This document shows positions 50,139-62,735 of a DNA stretch of 64,000 bases, in pieces. The translations under genes and the position numbers were made by a program. Source of the stretch: Ylistrum balloti (taxonomy: Eukaryota); the NCBI RefSeq assembly GCF_031769215.1, contig NW_026782306.1, forward strand, positions 310,001-374,000, given 5' to 3'. The notes under the pieces were generated by a model, which saw only the letters and a program-made list of their open reading frames with translations, ran no database searches and was not told the DNA's origin. Numbering within the stretch: position 1 is the first letter of the stretch; the number at the start of each line of letters is the position of its first letter.

Positions 50139-51009
50139 CAAGCGGAAGGGAAATATCACGAGAACTGATATTCGTTTTAAATGTGATGACCTTTAAAATA
50201 AAATCATGCTTTAGAGCTGAAGGATGCAATTTCAAGACAGAACATTTCTTTTCTCCAAATATTCACAACATGATTAATGTACAATAAAATCCGAATTCGC
50301 TGACAGATTGGCTGCCGATTAAAATAAACGCTAAATAAAGTGAGGATTTCGCATTTTATATTTTGTCATTTTCTAAAAATAGAAAAAGTAAGACGTCAGA
50401 TGAATAATAAAACTCACATTCTAGAAATGTTTCCACATTTCAATGGTTTTGTAAGGATACTCGTAAAATTCGGTCACGTTGAATGTTGAGCAAATGTCGA
50501 TTGTAATAGACAAAGGATTGATATCAGCACAAGTTATTGTGATGAGATTATACAAATATGTACGTGATTATCACAGTTTTATTATAGCCGATTTTATTTC
50601 TTTGATCAACTTGCCGACACTGCTTTAAAAACAAGACAGTCATCATCACTGATTCAGTATACTGCGCCGACAACTCCTTAACTAAAGCCGAAATCAAACA
50701 AAAACAAAGCACATTTCAGAGGAAATTACATTCGGGTTATGTCTCAACCGGTTTCCTTCGGTTTGTGGATAAAACTAACGATGTCACTAAAACCATCTCA
50801 GGAAAAGAAATAAAATTTCAGGAGACAATTTATTTTCATGACTGCAAGATGGAGGTGCCGGGTAAGATGTAGGTGAACATCAGATGATTAGTCAGACACC
50901 AGTTAGGCAGACAATAGATGAGAAATCAAAAGGTACTAAGTAGTTCGGCAAATGATCTACAGAGGTTGGTTGCCTTTGTAGATCAAGTTTATATAAAGGT
51001 TTTCATTCT

Positions 51010-52978
51010 TAACTAGCTAACTACACGACTAACTAGATAACTACATGACTAACTAGATAACTACATGACTAACTAGATAACTATACGACATACTAGATAA
51101 CTACACGACTAACTAGATAACTACACGACTAACTAGATAACTACATGACTAACTAGATAACTACATGACTTACTAGATAACTAACTAGATAACTACACGA
51201 CTAACTAGATAACTACACGACTAACTAGATAACTACATGACTAACTAGATAACTATACGACTAACTAGATAACTATACGACTAACTAGATAACTATACGA
51301 CTAACTAGATAACTACATGACTAACTAGATAACTACATGACTAACTAGATAACTACATGACTAACTAGATAACTACATGACTAACTAGATAACTACATGA
51401 CTAACTAGATAACTACACGACTAACTAGATAACTACACGACAGACGAGATAACTACACGACTAACTAGATAACTACACGACTAACTAGATAACTACATGA
51501 CTAACTAGATAACTACATGACTAACTAGATAACTACATGACTAACTAGATAACTACATGACGACTAACTAACTACAAGACTAACTAGATAACTACACGAC
51601 TAACTAGATAACTACACGACTAACTAGATAACTACATGACTAACTAGATAACTACAAGACTAACTAGATAACTACACGACTTACTAGATAACTATACGAC
51701 TAACTAGATAACTACACGACTTACTAGATAACTATACGACTAACTAGATAACTACATGACTAACTAGATAACTACATGACTAACTAGATAACTACAAGAC
51801 TAACTAGATAACTACATGACTAACTAGATAACTACAAGACTAACTAGATAACTACACGACTAACTAGATAACTACAAGACTAACTAGATAACTACAAGAC
51901 TAACTAGATAACTACATGACTAACTAGATAACTACACGACTAACTAGATAACTGTACGACTAACTAGATAACTATACGACTAACTAGATAACTACATGAC
52001 TAACTAGATAACTACATGACTAACTAGATAACTACATGACTAACTAGATAACTATACGACATACTAGATAACTACAAGACTAACTAGATAACTACAAGAC
52101 TGACTAGATAACTACATAACTACAAGACTAACTAGATAACTACATGACTAACTAGATAACTACATGACTAACTAGATAACTACATGACTAACTAGATAAC
52201 TATACGACTAACTAGATAACTACAAGACTAACTAGATAACTACAAGACTAACTAGATAACTATCTAGATAACTACATGACTAACTAGATAACTACAAGAC
52301 TAACTAGATAACTACACGACGAACTAGATAACTACAAGACTAACTAGATAACTACACGACGAACTAGATAACTATACGACTAACTAGATAACTATACGAC
52401 TAACTAGATAACTACATGACTAACTAGATAACTACATGACTAACTAGATAACTACACGACTAACTAGATAACTACTAGATAATGACTAACTAGATAACTA
52501 CAAGACTAACTAGATAACTACACGACTAACTAGATAACTACACGACTAACTAGATAACTATACGACTTGCTAGATAACTATACGACTAACTAGATAACTA
52601 CATGACTAACTAGATAACTACAAGACTAACTAGATAACTACACGACTAACTAGATAACTACATGACTTACTAGATAACTACACGACTAACTAGATAACTA
52701 CACGACTAACTAGATAACTACATGACTTACTAGATAACTACATGACTAACTAGATAACTACACGACTAACTAGATAACTACATGACTAACTAGATAACTA
52801 CATGACTAACTAGATAACTATACGACTAACTAGATAACTACAAGACTAACTAGATAACTACATGACTAACTAGATAACTACACGACATACTAGATAACTA
52901 CACGACTAACTAGATAACTACATGACTAACTAGATAACTACAAGACTAACTAGATAACTACACAACTTACTAGATAAG
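51010..52978. repeat. 20-bp minisatellite (~98 copies)
   Basis: gactaactagataacta(cat/cac/caa/tac). Confidence 0.97.
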
Positions 52979-53589
52979 TAAGGTCAGGCCGATGCGCAAT
53001 TTATCGACCGCTGCATACGCACACAAAGGCAGGCAAATCATTTTCTTTCGGATAACATATCATGCTTTAAGATAATAGCAGATCATTTTATGGTTCAAGG
53101 TTATGTTCCAATAGGCCCAGACATGTGAATCAGCTCACAGATTTGTTCATTAACGTACGCCATCTACAAACTGTTTACACTTCAGCTCTATACTTCAATG
53201 GCCTGTTTAAGTTCTGTTCCTTGAGTCAGAAAGTCGGTATTCCAGATCTTAAGGTTGAGAGATTTTCTAAAAGATATGACACACCTACCAATAGCTCTTC
53301 AGACTTAATTCCTATGTCTAGTGTGTCCGTGTGTGATTGTACATGTAATGCAACACAAAAGATAAGAATTGCAACTGAACAGGAAATTCAGCAAATTTTA
53401 TAAATTGTTACTAGAATACATTATAAAAAAGAAATGACAGAGCATAGGAAATGACGTGGCAGCATTCTCGTTAACGAGAGTCTAGTTAGTGAAAAAAATA
53501 CAACAAATAAAATGTGGATATGTCAACAGTTTTCATTGAAACGTAATTTGAAAAAAAGTGGGGAATGCCGAAATTCAAAGAAAATAAAT

Positions 53590-53652
53590 ATTTATACGCA
53601 AACCTCTGAAAACTTTCAGGAGAATAAGTGTTCCGGAAGAATAAGCGTCTTC
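53590..53652 (+). mobile_element. Copy of the 'gttccggaag.ataagcgtc' family
   Basis: acgcaaacctctgaaaactttcaggagaataagtgttccggaagaataagcgtcttc. Confidence 0.55.
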
Positions 53653-53971
53653 CCATAATATCAATGTTATTTAATATCAGACAGAACAAATCTGGAAGCA
53701 TTTTATCTTACACACATTTTTTATACCTCCTTGTGAAATATCGCTGTCTGCTCACGCTCATCATTCCTTTTAGACACGCAAATAAAATGTAGCAATTTCC
53801 AACAGACAAGAAGAAACCGGATGGAATGATTCGTAGTAAATGTCTGTCAGGGATCAGAAATTATCGTTTAGTGTGGAAAAGTTTTGCAACGCACCTGAGT
53901 TACCAGCTATCAATTCATGTTAACGGAAATCGATGTAGGACAGTAAGATGGTTTCCCAGAATTCCCGCGCC

Positions 53972-54062
53972 TATCACGTATCTATCACGTGTCTATCTCG
54001 TAGCTATCACATCACGTGCCTATCTCGTATCTATCTCGTATCTATCACGTGTCTATCACGTG
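53972..54062. repeat. Short ~12-13-bp degenerate repeat (ctatcacgtg / ctatctcgta)
   Basis: Visible periodicity; three CACGTG cores. Confidence 0.7.
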
Positions 54063-54959
54063 GTTATCAAGTCAGGAGACATTTGAGGAAATACTAGCTG
54101 GAAGTCTCTATTTTAACAACGAAAAATAACAACGGTTATTTTCAAATCAAAGAAACCAAAGTAAAAATTAGAAAATACTTGGAAGTGGTAGTAATATTGA
54201 CAGTAAAACTTGCGTCATGATACGTCAAAACAAATATCTTCAAATTTTTAGTTGTGAGTTTCTTTTGTTCTTTTATAATTTTACAGCTTCGTATAATTGA
54301 AAGTTATACGTACTTATTTTTGTAATGTCGCCTTACCAACAACTCCGGATATGTCAGTTATTGATACCGGAAGTGACCGGCGGCCAGGTCTATTTACCTT
54401 GGAGACAACTACATTTATTTCTACACCGACCGAATCACTGTACATTTTTATCACACACCTATATACTAGTTTGTCGTAGTAATTAGTATACAGACGAATG
54501 TAACACACAATATAATTATTACATTTATATCTAAAAGGACTACTTTTTGGTAGACGTCTCACCTCGACCATCGAATGTGTATTCATACGCTTGACCAGAT
54601 GGGCGTTCCAAGCCTGATATACTACCATCTGGTTTACATCAAACTTAACACGAAGCTAATAGTAGAATGGATATAAGATACATACATGATTTTTTTCTTT
54701 AAATAGATATTAGGAAACATTTCTGTGAATTGATATTCATACAAGTGTCCTGATAAACAACCAAACTGATATCTATATATTCATGTAAACAGTGAATTGT
54801 CAACAAAAGTGTTATCTACATGTTTAACAATAACGCACTCAATGACCAGCTGTGGACAATAGAAATATTGGACGATCATTTGACGGAGAACGCCTAGCAT
54901 CTTCCCTTGATGATAGTACAAACGTTAATATCATCTTTGAATACAAATTTTGAGTTTCA

Positions 54960-55002
54960 GATTAGACAAACAATGAATTAAACTACATCATACAGCTGTT
55001 TC
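54960..55002 (-). mobile_element. Partial minus-strand copy of the hammerhead-containing family
   Basis: Minus strand gaaacagctgtatgatgtagtttaattcattgtttg links the hammerhead tail to the downstream conserved box. Confidence 0.7.
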
Positions 55003-56589
55003 AAGACATTTTTTCTCTATTTTTCATCACCTTGAATAAAGATAAGTAGATAGTAATATGTGATATGACACCAGTTGGAATGACTAATTGATACCTTGGT
55101 AGTTGAATAACATTCTACAAAAGTACCCCATCCAGCCCCAGTCTTTTAAGTTTCTATACGTGTCGAAAACAGGGTGGGCTGGGACCAGAACCACTAATCG
55201 TTTACCGTATCGTATTAGTTTGGAGAAAAAGATGTTCAAATACTATATTTCAATGCCGATCATCAGAAAGTAATGACAGGCATATTGTATCTTTAAAGCT
55301 TTAACCGGAAAAAACCGAATTATTTCATATCAAACTCAATCAAAACATGATGCAAACTCAAAGCGGATACTTTGACGAAAGACTATTGACAGCATCACTC
55401 AAACTACAAAATATTTAGTCAACTGGGAACATTTTTGTGGTTACAAACAAGACATTTCTAAAACAGATGTAAGACTGACATGGTGTTGTGAACTTGGCTG
55501 TGGTGATTGAGGGTGTTTTTACGGAAATGCGTATTTCTTTTGAAATTGACATCAGCACATTTTTTGTACACACTTCACTTTGCGCAATGGGATATGACGC
55601 AGCTCGTGTTTGAATCACAGAAATACGGTACTCACTCACAGGAATACTTTAATTGGGGTTTAATGACGAAAACCCTTAGGAGCAACTTTGAACTGGAATA
55701 GACCTTCCGTCTTGTTTAAAGCTGATCTTGTGATACCGTGCCTCTATAATTGGAACGCATACATTTTATATTTCGACTGAAAAACACATCATGTGGAAGT
55801 CATTTCACCTGATGAGTCCTAATCAGTTTGAGGATTCTGTGTGACAGTAAAATGTCAAGAATCACCAAATTGCATCACTAAATCACTAATTAAACAGCTA
55901 TATTGTAAGTGGAATCCTGTTTAATGAAGCGGAACAATCCTTAATTGTTCATTTTTTCTCACTGTTGTCTTCGAGATTCGTCACGAAAGGCAAATCCCAT
56001 CGTTAAGGTTGAGAGATGAAATGTACATTTGGAATTTTCAATAGTGTTCAGCTTAAACAATCATTGGGGTTTGTGAAAATTGTAATTTTTAGAATGTATA
56101 TGAGAACTTAATTCATTTTTAAAAATATACCTCTGCAGGTTTTTATTCAGAAATGTATTTAAAGGCTGTTTTTTTTTATTCAAATATTGATATGTTTAGG
56201 TGGACGTCTATGCAAACGCTTAAAATCATGCGGGAAAATACAGAAACTATTTTGATTATAATTGAGATGTTGTCATTGGATTAGGGTGTATTTGGGACAG
56301 GACGACGTTGAAGCAAAGTAAAAGTAATATATCAATTTATGTGTGAAAATTGGGTTAAAAGAGCTTGCACTCGCTAGGTGCTGTCGCATTATTGAAACGG
56401 ATACCGGGAAGGATTTCATTCTAACTGTTTATTCTTTGTGTGAGTTTAACATTAGAAATACAACCATGGTTTAAACATCTCGTAACTTAAGATATATGTA
56501 GACTACATCTCTTTTTAACAGAAACATCGTCATGATGGCGTATCGAATACTCTCTTGATATCTAATCGTTATGACGATATCACAAGGTC

Positions 56590-56950
56590 ATGATGATGTA
56601 TAACTTATCACGTGACATATTAAACGTCATGATGACGTGTGACTTATCACGTGACATATTAAATGTCATGATGACGTGTGACTTATCACGTGACATATTA
56701 AATGTCATGATGACGTGATAACTTATCACGTGACATATTTAACGTCATGATGACGTGTAACATATCACGTGACATATTTAACGTCAGGATGACGTGTAAC
56801 TTATCACGTGACATATTTAATGTCAGGATGACGTGTAACTTATCACGTGACATATTTAATGTCAGGATGACATGTGACTTATCACGTGACATATTTAACG
56901 TCAGGATGACGTGTAACTTATCACGTGACATATTAAATGTCAGGTTGACG
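56590..56950. repeat. 39-bp minisatellite (~9 copies), each unit with TCACGTGA and most with ATGACGTG
   Basis: atgacgtgtaacttatcacgtgacatatt(t/a)aa(c/t)gtca(g/t)g. Confidence 0.92.
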
Positions 56951-57439
56951 TGCATTTTATTAGAAACGATGACAAAATATTCCTTGTTGATTTTGCTGAC
57001 GTAAATACGGTAAATGATTTGTGAAAAATTCATTCATCTATAATTTTTTTTATATATTTATACAGACGAGATGAAAAAGAACTGAACTGTTTAATCGTTG
57101 TTATACTCAAGATATACACCCTTTACAAAGATATTTCAAATGACATTTATTGTTCATGGGAAAGCATGATTTTCAGGTTGCTAACACACAAGCAAGGTGT
57201 ATTCTTTCTGGATCAGTATTCTGAGACAAGCTTGTTAGAGAGTGGGCGTCCGTCTCTTAGAAAAAAAGACACGTGAATTATTTTATTACTCTCTACTATG
57301 TGCACTATCGAAAAGAATGAAACATTGGAATTCCGGAAAGTGTGGGATAATAATGCTTTATAGTGTTTTAATGTCGGTTCGTATGTATGTTGCTGACGTC
57401 AATTAGTATCTGGTTTCTTCATTCTTTGTCCTGGCGATG

Positions 57440-58755
57440 CAGCCTTGTAGGAACAAAGATAGCGTTATTGTAGAATCGCATTAACAGATCCTGTACATCC
57501 TTGTAGGAACATAGATAGCGTTATTATAGAATCGCATTAACAGATACTGTACAGCCTTGTAGGAACATAGATAGCGTTATTATAGAATCGCATTAACAGA
57601 TACTGTACAGCCCTGTAGGAACATAGATAGCGTTATTATAGAATCGCATTAACAGATACTGTAAAGCCTTGTAGGAACATAGCGTTATTATAGAATCGCA
57701 TTAACAGATACTGTACAGCCCTGTAGGAACATAGATAGCGTTATTATAGAATCGCATTAACAGATCCTGTACATCCTTGTAGGAACATAGATAGCGTTAT
57801 TATAGAATCGCATTAACAGATCCTGTACATCCTTGTAGGAACATAGATAGCGTTATTATAGAATCGCATTAACAGATCCTGTACATCCTTGTAGGAACAT
57901 AGATAGCGTTATTATAGAATCGCATTAACAGATACTGTACAGCCCTGTAGGAACATAGCGTTTTTATAGAATCGCATTAACAGATACTGTACAGCCCTGT
58001 AGGAACATAGACAGCGTTATTATAGAATCGCATTAACAGATACTGTACAGCCTTGTAGGAACATAGATAGCGTTATTATAGAATCGCATTAACAGATACT
58101 GTACAGCCTTGTAGGAACATAGACAGCGTTATTATAGAATCGCATTAACAGATACTGTACAGCCTTGTAGGAACATAGCGTTATTATAGAATCGCATTAA
58201 CAGATACTGTACAGCCTTGTAGGAACATAGATAGCGTTATTATAGAATCGCATTAACAGATACTGTACAGCCCTGTAGGAACATAGCGTTATTATAGAAT
58301 CGCATTAACAGATACTGTACATCCTTGTAGGAACATAGATAGCGTTATTATAGAATCGCATTAACAGATACTGTACAGCCCTGTAGGAACATAGCGTTAT
58401 TATAGAATCGCATTAACAGATACTGTACATCCTTGTAGGAACATAGATAGCATTATTATAGAATCGCATTAACAGATACTGTACATCCTTGTAGGAACAT
58501 AGCGTTATTATAGAATCGCATTAACAGATACTGTACAGACCTGTAGGAACATAGATAGCGTTATTATAGAATCGCATTAACAGATCCTGTACATCCTTGT
58601 AGGAACATAGATAGCATTATTATAGAATCGCATTAACAGATACTGTACATCCTTGTAGGAACATAGCGTTATTATAGAATCGCATTAACAGATACTGTAC
58701 AGACCTGTAGGAACATAGCGTTATTATAGAATCGCATTAACAGATACTGTACAGT
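57440..58755. repeat. 56/52-bp minisatellite (~24 copies)
   Basis: ccttgtaggaacatag(atag)cgttattatagaatcgcattaacagatactgtacag. Confidence 0.96.
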
Positions 58756-59397
58756 TGTTTACTCAAGTTAACGGGTGTTCAATCCGATGAATGAAATGTT
58801 TGCTAATTCTGTTTCCTTATTGATGACAAACAATCACTAATGTTGGCCTCTTGTTTACTGAAGATGTTGCTGTGATTGAATCCATTGTGATGCCTTCCAT
58901 TTCACGTAGGTATTGTAGTCCTTCGTTATAAAGGGTTATGGAAACACGTGCAGTCATTTTTTATTCTGTTTTGGATAAGATTTAAGTAAAGCAAGATTAT
59001 TTGCGTAAGTCAACGACTATCAAAGTTGTAAGTTATAAATTAAAATAAATAAATAAATATTGTGTTTTTTCAGAACAAGTAAAAGATATGTTATTTTTTG
59101 TTTATTCTAAAATAGAATTCCTGAACTTTTGTTTAAATCCATCTACCTGATTAAGATAGCCCTGCCGTGTTATATCCCCCACTATTTCGAATCTTCTTTA
59201 TACATAGCCTGTTTGAAAACCTTCAGGGTTTCGATTAAGATATAATAATATGTTTGGTGACACTAGACAAATACCCTCTTATTCAAAGAAATCTAATTTT
59301 CCACTTCAGTCGTCGCCAAAATCTAAAGTGTATAAACAAAATATTTAGAATAAATCCCATTATCGGTTCCTCTATGTTCACAACATTAATTAACCAA

Positions 59398-60036
59398 TTA
59401 GTGACCTCTATTTATGTCGAACAACACAGGTAACTAGTGACCTCTATTTATGTCGAACGACACAGGTAACTAGTGACCTCTATTTATGTCGAACAACACA
59501 GGTAACTAGTGACCTCTATTTATGTCGAACAACACAGGTAACTAGTGACCTCTATTTATGTCGAACAACACAGGTAACTAGTGACCTCTATTTATGTCGA
59601 ACAACACAGGTAACTAGTGACCTCTATTTATGTCGAACAACACAGGTAACTAGTGACCTCTATTTATGTCGAACAACACAGGTAACTAGTGACCTCTATT
59701 TATGTCGAACAACACAGGTAACTAGTGACCTCTATTTATGTCGAACAACACAGGTAACTAGTGACCTCTATTTATGTCGAACAACACAGGTAACTAGTGA
59801 CCTCTATTTATGTCGAACAACACAGGTAACTAGTGACCTCTATTTATGTCGAACAACACAGGTAACTAGTGACCTCTATTTATGTCGAACAACACAAGTT
59901 ATTAGTGACCTCTATTTATGTCGAACAACACAGGTAACTAGTGACCTCTATTTATGTCGAACAACACAGGCAACTAGTGACCTCTATTTATGTCGAACAA
60001 CACAGGTAACTAGTGACCTCTATTTATGTCGAACAA
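59398..60036. repeat. 36-bp near-perfect minisatellite (~18 copies)
   Basis: ctagtgacctctatttatgtcgaacaacacaggtaa. Confidence 0.97.
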
Positions 60037-60737
60037 CGGCAACAGACTTAAATTCTATTCGTGAATAGTTCTAAATATATATTTCCTCCCTATGTAGATG
60101 AATGTATTCACTTTTAATTAAACCAAATGCTTTCAATCGATCCTAAACTTTAATCAATGCATTGTGGAGACTTCAAGTGAAAATTTTACTTCAATACAGT
60201 ACAAGAATTACAGTATCATACATAATTGTTGAAAATATTTCTACATAGATTTATCAATATTTACACAGGACTATTAGGCTTGAGCGCACCAAGCGATATG
60301 TATTCACACCAATGTACATACAGCAAAAGAATCCTTAAATTGCTTCATAAGACTGTTTCGTCTTTGTTTCAGAAATGTCAATTAAATTATTATTTATACT
60401 CGATGATCTAGAGGATTTCTGAGCCTCGATTTCATTGTCGTGTCAGCAATGTTCATTTGAGTCTAACACAATATCGTTGGCAACGACAGAATCACACAAA
60501 GCCAGTTCAGTTAGTAGTTGTCACATGATGGACATGTGATACCGACACACTGTATATATATATATATAACATCTACACGATTTAATAGCATTTTGGTTGG
60601 CCGCGTGACGTAGTTGTAACCATAGTGTTACGAACGCTTCAATCCAGGTCAGCAAGAGTGACCAATGAAAACTGAAAGCGTGTTACCTATCGGTTGTAAA
60701 ATAAAGAAAAAATCTATGTTTTCTTTTCATTTTGTGA

Positions 60738-60906
60738 CATGAAATAGAAAATATTTAAGTGTCTTCAGTAATAACAAAAATATTTCACAAGCGTTTCTAA
60801 TATTTTAGTATCTTTCACGAGTGCGCAGCACGAGTTAAAGGTACAAAAATATTAGACACATGTGTGATATATATTACTGAAGACACGATTAAATATTCTA
60901 TTCATT
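60738..60906. mobile_element. Imperfect ~165-bp palindrome (hairpin-type non-autonomous DNA element)
   Basis: Left arm atgaaatagaaaatatttaagtgtcttcagtaata...tctaatattttagtatcttt pairs with right arm aaaggtacaaaaatattaga...tattactgaagacacgattaaatattctattcat; centre cacgagtgcgcagcacgagt. Confidence 0.7.
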
Positions 60907-61495
60907 ACATTTTCACATGCAAAATAGCCAAATGACTGGCATGTTGAGAACAGATACGAAACGAAGATGCTGACTGGGCGTTTTACCGACACTACCATCT
61001 TATTGAATAACTTCGCAGTACGCGACAAAATATAATCCGTTTTTTTTAATCATGAAAATTATGTAAAACTAAAATAAATTTTAATGTAAAAACATATTCA
61101 TATTCACATAGAAAATGTTATTTAGTCATGTCACTAACAGACAAAAATAGCTGTAAACATTCAGAGAGAGTTTAACCTGTGTCAAGTTACTACGCGGCTG
61201 AAAATGTTGATGGCACGAATGCCCTTGAAATGTCTAACGTGTTAGCTCCACATTCAACACATTTGTTTTGGGGATTGGGTTTGGTCTGTGATAAGGTTAT
61301 TTGCATTATTTGCCGAATTTCATGGCAGTTTTCTTGTTTTGTGATATTTTTGTACCGGGCTTTATGATTTGTCAATTTTATAAGATGATTTGTGTTCTCT
61401 CTTTTCATTGACGTCAGTCTGCAAAAGTGTTTTATCAATGAGGCAGTTCTCTATATTTCAATGGCAAAAATGTTATCAATATCATTAAAAAAGAT

Positions 61496-61729
61496 TCTGT
61501 AAAAATATCATTTTTTCGTGGAGATTTTGTTTTCGTTGAATTCGTGGTTACTCTAAATCCACTAATTTATGCATCCACGAAATGATAATCAGAAATAAAT
61601 GTTGTTATGGATTAAAGTACCAGTGGAATTTCTGGGCCAGATTCACCCATGAGATCAAGTATCGTCGAAAATGCACATTTCCGTTAAATTACGAAATTCA
61701 TGAACCACGAAAGTAAACGATTTACAGTA
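61496..61729. mobile_element. MITE with terminal inverted repeats (Tc1/mariner-type by inference)
   Basis: Left ctgtaaaaatatcattttttcgtgg...tttcgt; reverse complement of the right end tactgtaaatcgtttactttcgtgg...tttcgt; ends in TA. Confidence 0.6.
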
Positions 61730-62449
61730 TATGGCAGAGGAATGGAAATTATTGAAATATTAAAGTATACAACAGGTAGATTTTATTCTTCGTATTTCTA
61801 CTAAATTCGCCACAAGTCTAGCATTCCATCTCATTTTGTGTCATAGAACGTGCAAATAATTCACTTTGAGGACCCGCAAGTGTTGTAACAAAAGACGTAG
61901 CTTTCTAAATTTTATGCAGAAACGTTCATTTCTTATCTCCCTTTGGATATGATAACAACCCTGATGTACATTTAACTGTTTGTCTTCTAATCCCAGAAGA
62001 CTTGTGGAAGCTGCAAACCACGATTTAATTCGTGTAAATAGTGGCGCTTTTAAGTATTTATTTTTACCAATTAGGATTTTCTCCAATCGCTCCCTAGTTT
62101 TCAACAGTTCAAGGTCCTTAGCAGCACTGAAACCTTACAGCAGAACGAAACAGCTCGTTAATACTGTAGTCGCATGTATTGGGAGGTGCTATTAACTTCT
62201 GGGTCATTTGTACATTGAATGATATCTCAGGTTTAGCTCTGTAGTCTTACTGTAGTGGCTATTATTCTTCATTATGAATGTTTATGATCACATGATATAA
62301 TTAAGTGGTAAAATATAAAATAATTATACATTTGTGTTTTTTAAAATTAAAAAAAACCAAAAAACAACGAGAAATGACCAACAGAACTGAGTCATCATCC
62401 AAACTCTAATTCAATAAAGATATAGCAAAATATGAACAAAAGAGAGTTG

Positions 62450-62735
62450 TACACGGAGACTTCTGAAAAAGGACAAGGAGAAGAAGACAAAATGTTCCGG
62501 AAAAGTAAGCGTCTTCTGCTTCACCGACGACCCCCGCCATGCAAATCTTGGTCTTTCCATGAAATAAGTGTCGCGTTCCCAAATAAGAACAATGTAAAAA
62601 GAAAAAAAAGCGGAACAACCAGACACACTTTATATCGTACAAACATATGATTCTCAATGAGATATCTGTGACGACCTAAAACTTCCCCATCATTTTCATC
62701 AACAAAATATCTGTCTCTATGAGCGATCATGGCTA
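62450..62735 (-). mobile_element. Longest copy of the 'gttccggaa.agtaagcgtc' family with an adjacent decayed coding-like segment (possible retroelement 3' end)
   Basis: Minus strand ...VLGRHRYLIENH... then ggcgggggtcgtcggtgaagcagaagacgcttacttttccggaaca. The resemblance to mollusc RT-element C-terminus plus 3' UTR is from memory only. Confidence 0.4.

Noticed and set aside
54335-54445. Exon-like minus-strand segment (SDSVGVEINVVVSK / PGRRSLPVSITDISGVVG)
   Set aside because: Phases are incompatible with the phase-0 acceptor at 27759, and there is no similarity to GAF-A.
55808-55840. CTGATGA-GTCCT...AGGAT hammerhead-like start
   Set aside because: No GAAA after stem II and no stem III or NUH site; not counted in the family.
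58818-58955. Short minus-strand ORF MTARVSITLYNEGLQYLREMEG... as an alternative first exon
   Set aside because: Only a weak CA|gtaaac donor and no supporting homology.
61841-62195. Opposing 87-aa and 71-aa ORFs
   Set aside because: Coding-like by eye but unassignable; flanked by transposon relics and lacking splice signals.
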